Part shown: in pieces, positions 60,906-64,000 of the stretch | Layout: every line of letters starts with the position of its first letter | Numbering within the stretch: position 1 is the first letter of the stretch | Origin: Eledone cirrhosa | Taxonomy: Eukaryota | Reading direction: 5' to 3' | Length of the DNA stretch: 64,000 nucleotides | Assembly (NCBI GenBank): GCA_964016885.1 | Contig: OZ024743.1 | Coordinates: 136,648,001-136,712,000, forward strand | Program-made: the position numbers and the translations under genes | The notes under the pieces: model-generated | Seen by the model: only the letters and a program-made list of their open reading frames with translations | What the model was told of the DNA's origin: nothing | Database searches by the model: none

Positions 60906-62199
60906 TTGGTGTTTGATGCTTGGTGCTTGGTGCTTGGTATTTGGTGTTTGGTGCTTGGTGTTTGTACTTGGTGCTTGGTTCTTGGTTCTTGGTGCTTGGT
61001 GCTTGGTGCTTGGTGCTTGGTGCTTGGTGTTTGGTGCTTGGTGTTTGGTGCTTGGTGTTTGGTGCTTGGTGCCTGGTGCTTGGTGCTTGGTGCTTGGTGT
61101 TTGGTGCTTGGTGTTTGGTGCTTGGTGTTAGGTGTTTGGTGCTTTATGCTTGGTGTTTGGTGTTTGGTGCTTGGTGTTTGGTGCTTGGTGCTTGGTGTTT
61201 GGTGTTTGGTGCTTGGTGTTTGTTGCTTGGTACTTGGTGCTTGGTGCTTGGTGTTAGGTGTTTGGTGCTTGGTGCTTGGTGTTTGGTTTTTGGTGCTTGT
61301 TGCTTGGTGTTTGGTGTTTGGTGCTTGCTGCTGGCTGCTTGGTGTTTGGTGCTTGGTGATTGGTGCTTGGTGTTTGGTGCTTGGTGTTTGGTGTTTGGTA
61401 CTAGGTGCTTGGTGTTTGTTGTTTGGTGCTTGGTGCTTGGTGTTTGGTGTTTCGTGTTTGGTGCTTGGTGCTTGGTGCTTGGTGCTGGGTGGTTGGTGTT
61501 TGGTGCTTGGTGATTAGTGTTTGGTGCTAGGTGCTTGGGGTTTGGTGTTTGGTGCTTGGTGCTTGGTGTTTGGTGCTTGGTGCTTGGTGTTTGGTGCTTG
61601 GTGCTTGGTGTTTGGTGTTTGCCGTTTGCTGTTTGGAGTTTGTTGTTTGGTGTTTGTTGATTGGTGTTTGCTGTTTGGTGTTTGGTATTTGGTGTTTGCT
61701 GTTTGGTGTCTGCTTTTTGGTGTTTGGTGTTTGCTGTATGTTGTTTGCTGTTTGGTGTTTGGTGTTTGGTGTTTGGTGTTTGCTGCTTGGTGCTTGGTGT
61801 TTGGTGCTTGGGGCTTCGTGTTTGGTGCCTGGTGCTTGGTACTTGGTTGTTTGGTGTTTGGTGCTTGGTGCTTGGGGCTTGGAGTTTGGTGTTTGGTGCT
61901 TGGTGCTTGGTGTTTGTACTTGGTGCTTGGTGCTTGGTGTTTGGTTCTTGGTTCTTGGTGTTTGGTACTTGGTGCTTGGTGCTTGGTGCTTGGTGTTTGG
62001 TGTTTGGTGCTTGGTGTTTGGTGCTTGGTGCTTGGTGCTTGGTGCTTGGTGTTAGGTGTTTGGTGCTTGGTGCTTGGTGTTTGGTGCTTGGTGTTTGCTG
62101 TTTGGTGTTTGGTGTTTGGTGTTTGGTGTTTGCTGTTTGGTGTTTGGTGCTTGGTGTTTGGTGTTTGGTGCTTGGTGCTTGGTGTTTGGTGCTTGGTGC

Positions 62200-64000
62200 T
62201 TGGTGCTTGCTGCTTGGTGTTTGGTGCTTGGTGATTGATGCTTGGTGTTTGGTGCTTGGTGCTCAGTGTTTGGTTTTTGGTGCTAGGTGCTTGGTGCATG
62301 GTGTTTGGTGCTTGGTGTTTGGTGTTTGGTGGTTGTTGCTTGGGGATTGGTGTTTGGTACTTGGTGCTTGGTGCTTGGTGTTTGGTGCTTGGTGCTTGGT
62401 GTTTGGTGTTTGGTGCTTGGTGCTTGGTGTTTGGTGCTTGGTGCTTGGTGTTTGGTGTTTGGTGCTTGGTGCTTGGTGTTTGGTGCTTGGTGCTTGGTGC
62501 TTGTTGTTTGGTGATTGGTGCTTGGTGCTTGGTGTTTGGTGTTTGGTGCTTGGGGCTTGGTGTTTGGTGCTGCGTGCTTGGTGCTTGGTGCTTGGTGCTT
62601 GGTGCTTGGTGTTTTGTGTTTGGTGTTTGATGCTTGGTGCTTGGTGTTTGGTGTTTGGTGCTTGGTGTTTGGTGTTTGCTGTTTGCTGTTTGCTGTTTGG
62701 TGTTTGCTGTTTGGTGTTTGGTGTTTGGTGTTTGCTGTTTGGTGTTTGCTGTTTGGTGTTTGGTGCTTGCTGTTTGGTGCTTGGTGTCTGGTGCTTGGTG
62801 CTTGGTGTTTGGTGTTTGGTGTTTGGTGCTTGGTGCTTGGGGCTTGATTTGGTGCTTGGTGCTTGGTGCTTGGTGTTTGGTGTTTGGTGCTTGGTGTTTG
62901 GTGCTTGGTGCTTGGTGCTTGGTGTTTGGTGCTTGGTGTTTGGTGCATGGTGCTTGGTGCTTGTTGTTTGTCGCTTGTTGCTTGGTGCTTGGTGTTTGGT
63001 GCTTGGTGCTTGGTGTTTGGTGTTTGGTGCTTGGTGCTTGGTGTTTGGTGTTTGGTGCTTGGTGTTTGGTGTTTGGTGCTTGGTGCTTGGTGTTTGTTGC
63101 TTGGTACTTGGTGCATGGTGTTTGGTGCTAGGTGCTTGGTGTTTGGTGCTTGGTGTTTGGTGCTTGGTGCTTGGTGTTTGGTGTTTGGTGTTTGATGCAT
63201 GGTGTTTTATGCTTGGTGCTTGGTGTTTGGTGCTTGGTGTTTGTACTTGGTGCTTGGTGCTTGGTGTTTTGTGCTTGGTTCTTGGTGCTTGGTGTTAGGT
63301 GTTTGGTGCTTGGTGCTTGGTGTTTGGTGTTTGGTCCTTGGTGCTTGGTGCTTGGTGTTTAGTGCTTGGTGCTTGGTGTTTGTTGTTTGGTGCTTTCTGC
63401 TTGCTGCTTGGTGTTTGCTGTTTGGTGCTTGGTGCTTGGTGTTTGGTGTTTGGTGCTAGGTGCTTGGTGTTTGGTGTTTGGTGTTTGATGCTTGGTGTTT
63501 GGTGTTTGGTGCTTGGTGCTTGGGGCTTGGTGTTTGGTGCTTGGTGCTTGGTGCTTGGTGTTTGGTGCTTGGTGCTTGGTGTTTGGTGTTTGGTGTTTGG
63601 TGCTTGGTGCTTGGTGTTTGGTGCTTGGTGCTTGGTGCTGGGTGGTTGGTATTTGGTGCTTGGTGCTTGGTGTTTGGTGCTTGGTGCTTGGTGCTTGGTG
63701 TTTGGTGCTTGGTGCTTGGTGCTTGGTCTTTGGTTCTTGGTGTTTGGTGTTTGGTGCTTGGTGCTTTGTGTTTGGTGCTTGGTGATTAGTGTTTGGTGCT
63801 TGGTGCTTGGGGTTTGGTGTTTGGTGCTTGGTACTTGGTGTTTGGTGCTTGGTGTTTGGTGTTTGCTGTTTGGTGTTTGGTGTTTGGTGTTTGCTGTTTG
63901 GTGTCTGCTTTTTGGTGTTTGGTGTTTGCTGTATGATGTTTGCTGTTTCGTGTTTGGTGTTTGCTGTTTGGTGTTTGGTGTTTGCTGTTTGGTGTTTGGT
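62200..64000 (+). repeat. Third, more diverged copy of the module at ~650-2700 and ~6880-9000
   Basis: ORF pairs 6910/62235 (55325) and 7596/62634 (55038). Markers CAGTGT, TTGGGGA, 5-bp TTGAT (1528, 7806, 62844) and TTGTCGC seen only in these three places. Confidence 0.9.

Larger units (their letters stand above)
1..64000 (+). repeat. Heptameric satellite array (TTGGTGY)n, about 9,100 units, G/T-rich on + strand, extends beyond both window ends
   Basis: Every line parses into TTGGTGC/TTGGTGT units or 1-3-substitution variants (TTGCTGT, TTGATGC, TAGGTGT, TTGGTTC, TTGGTAC, TTGGGGC etc.). No CCAA-type reverse-orientation tract and no non-repetitive insert seen. Confidence 0.99.

Noticed and set aside
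1-64000. CRISPR array or other repeat-spacer system
   Set aside because: No unique spacers, no constant 23-47 bp repeat separated by novel sequence, no cas genes.
1-64000. Cyanobacterial STRR-type heptamer repeats
   Set aside because: Same unit length, but those are short intergenic tracts; a gene-free array of at least 64 kb does not fit a bacterial chromosome.
1-64000. Pure sequencing noise or simulated repeat
   Set aside because: Rare variants recur in conserved order across nested, partly diverged copies, which random error would not produce. Local misassembly is still possible.

Overview
The whole 64 kb window is one uninterrupted, single-orientation tandem array of a 7-bp unit, consensus TTGGTGY (TTGGTGC and TTGGTGT in roughly equal proportion; reverse strand GCACCAA/ACACCAA), about 9,100 copies (64000/7). 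It runs off both ends of the window. I see no genes, RNA genes, transposon remnants, CRISPR spacers, unique DNA or inversions. All ORFs in the track are artefacts of a repeat with no stop codon in any frame. The structure lies in the rare variant heptamers, which act as landmarks. They show nested duplications with offsets from 56 bp to about 55 kb, a variant confined to the centre of the window, a module found only near both ends, recurring TTGCTGT/T-only subdomains, and strong conservation of 7-bp phase. This looks like eukaryotic satellite DNA (centromeric, pericentromeric or telomere-like) amplified by recombination, but organism and function cannot be determined from the window. Offsets come from paired ORF-track coordinates and hand-checked marker positions; block boundaries are approximate.
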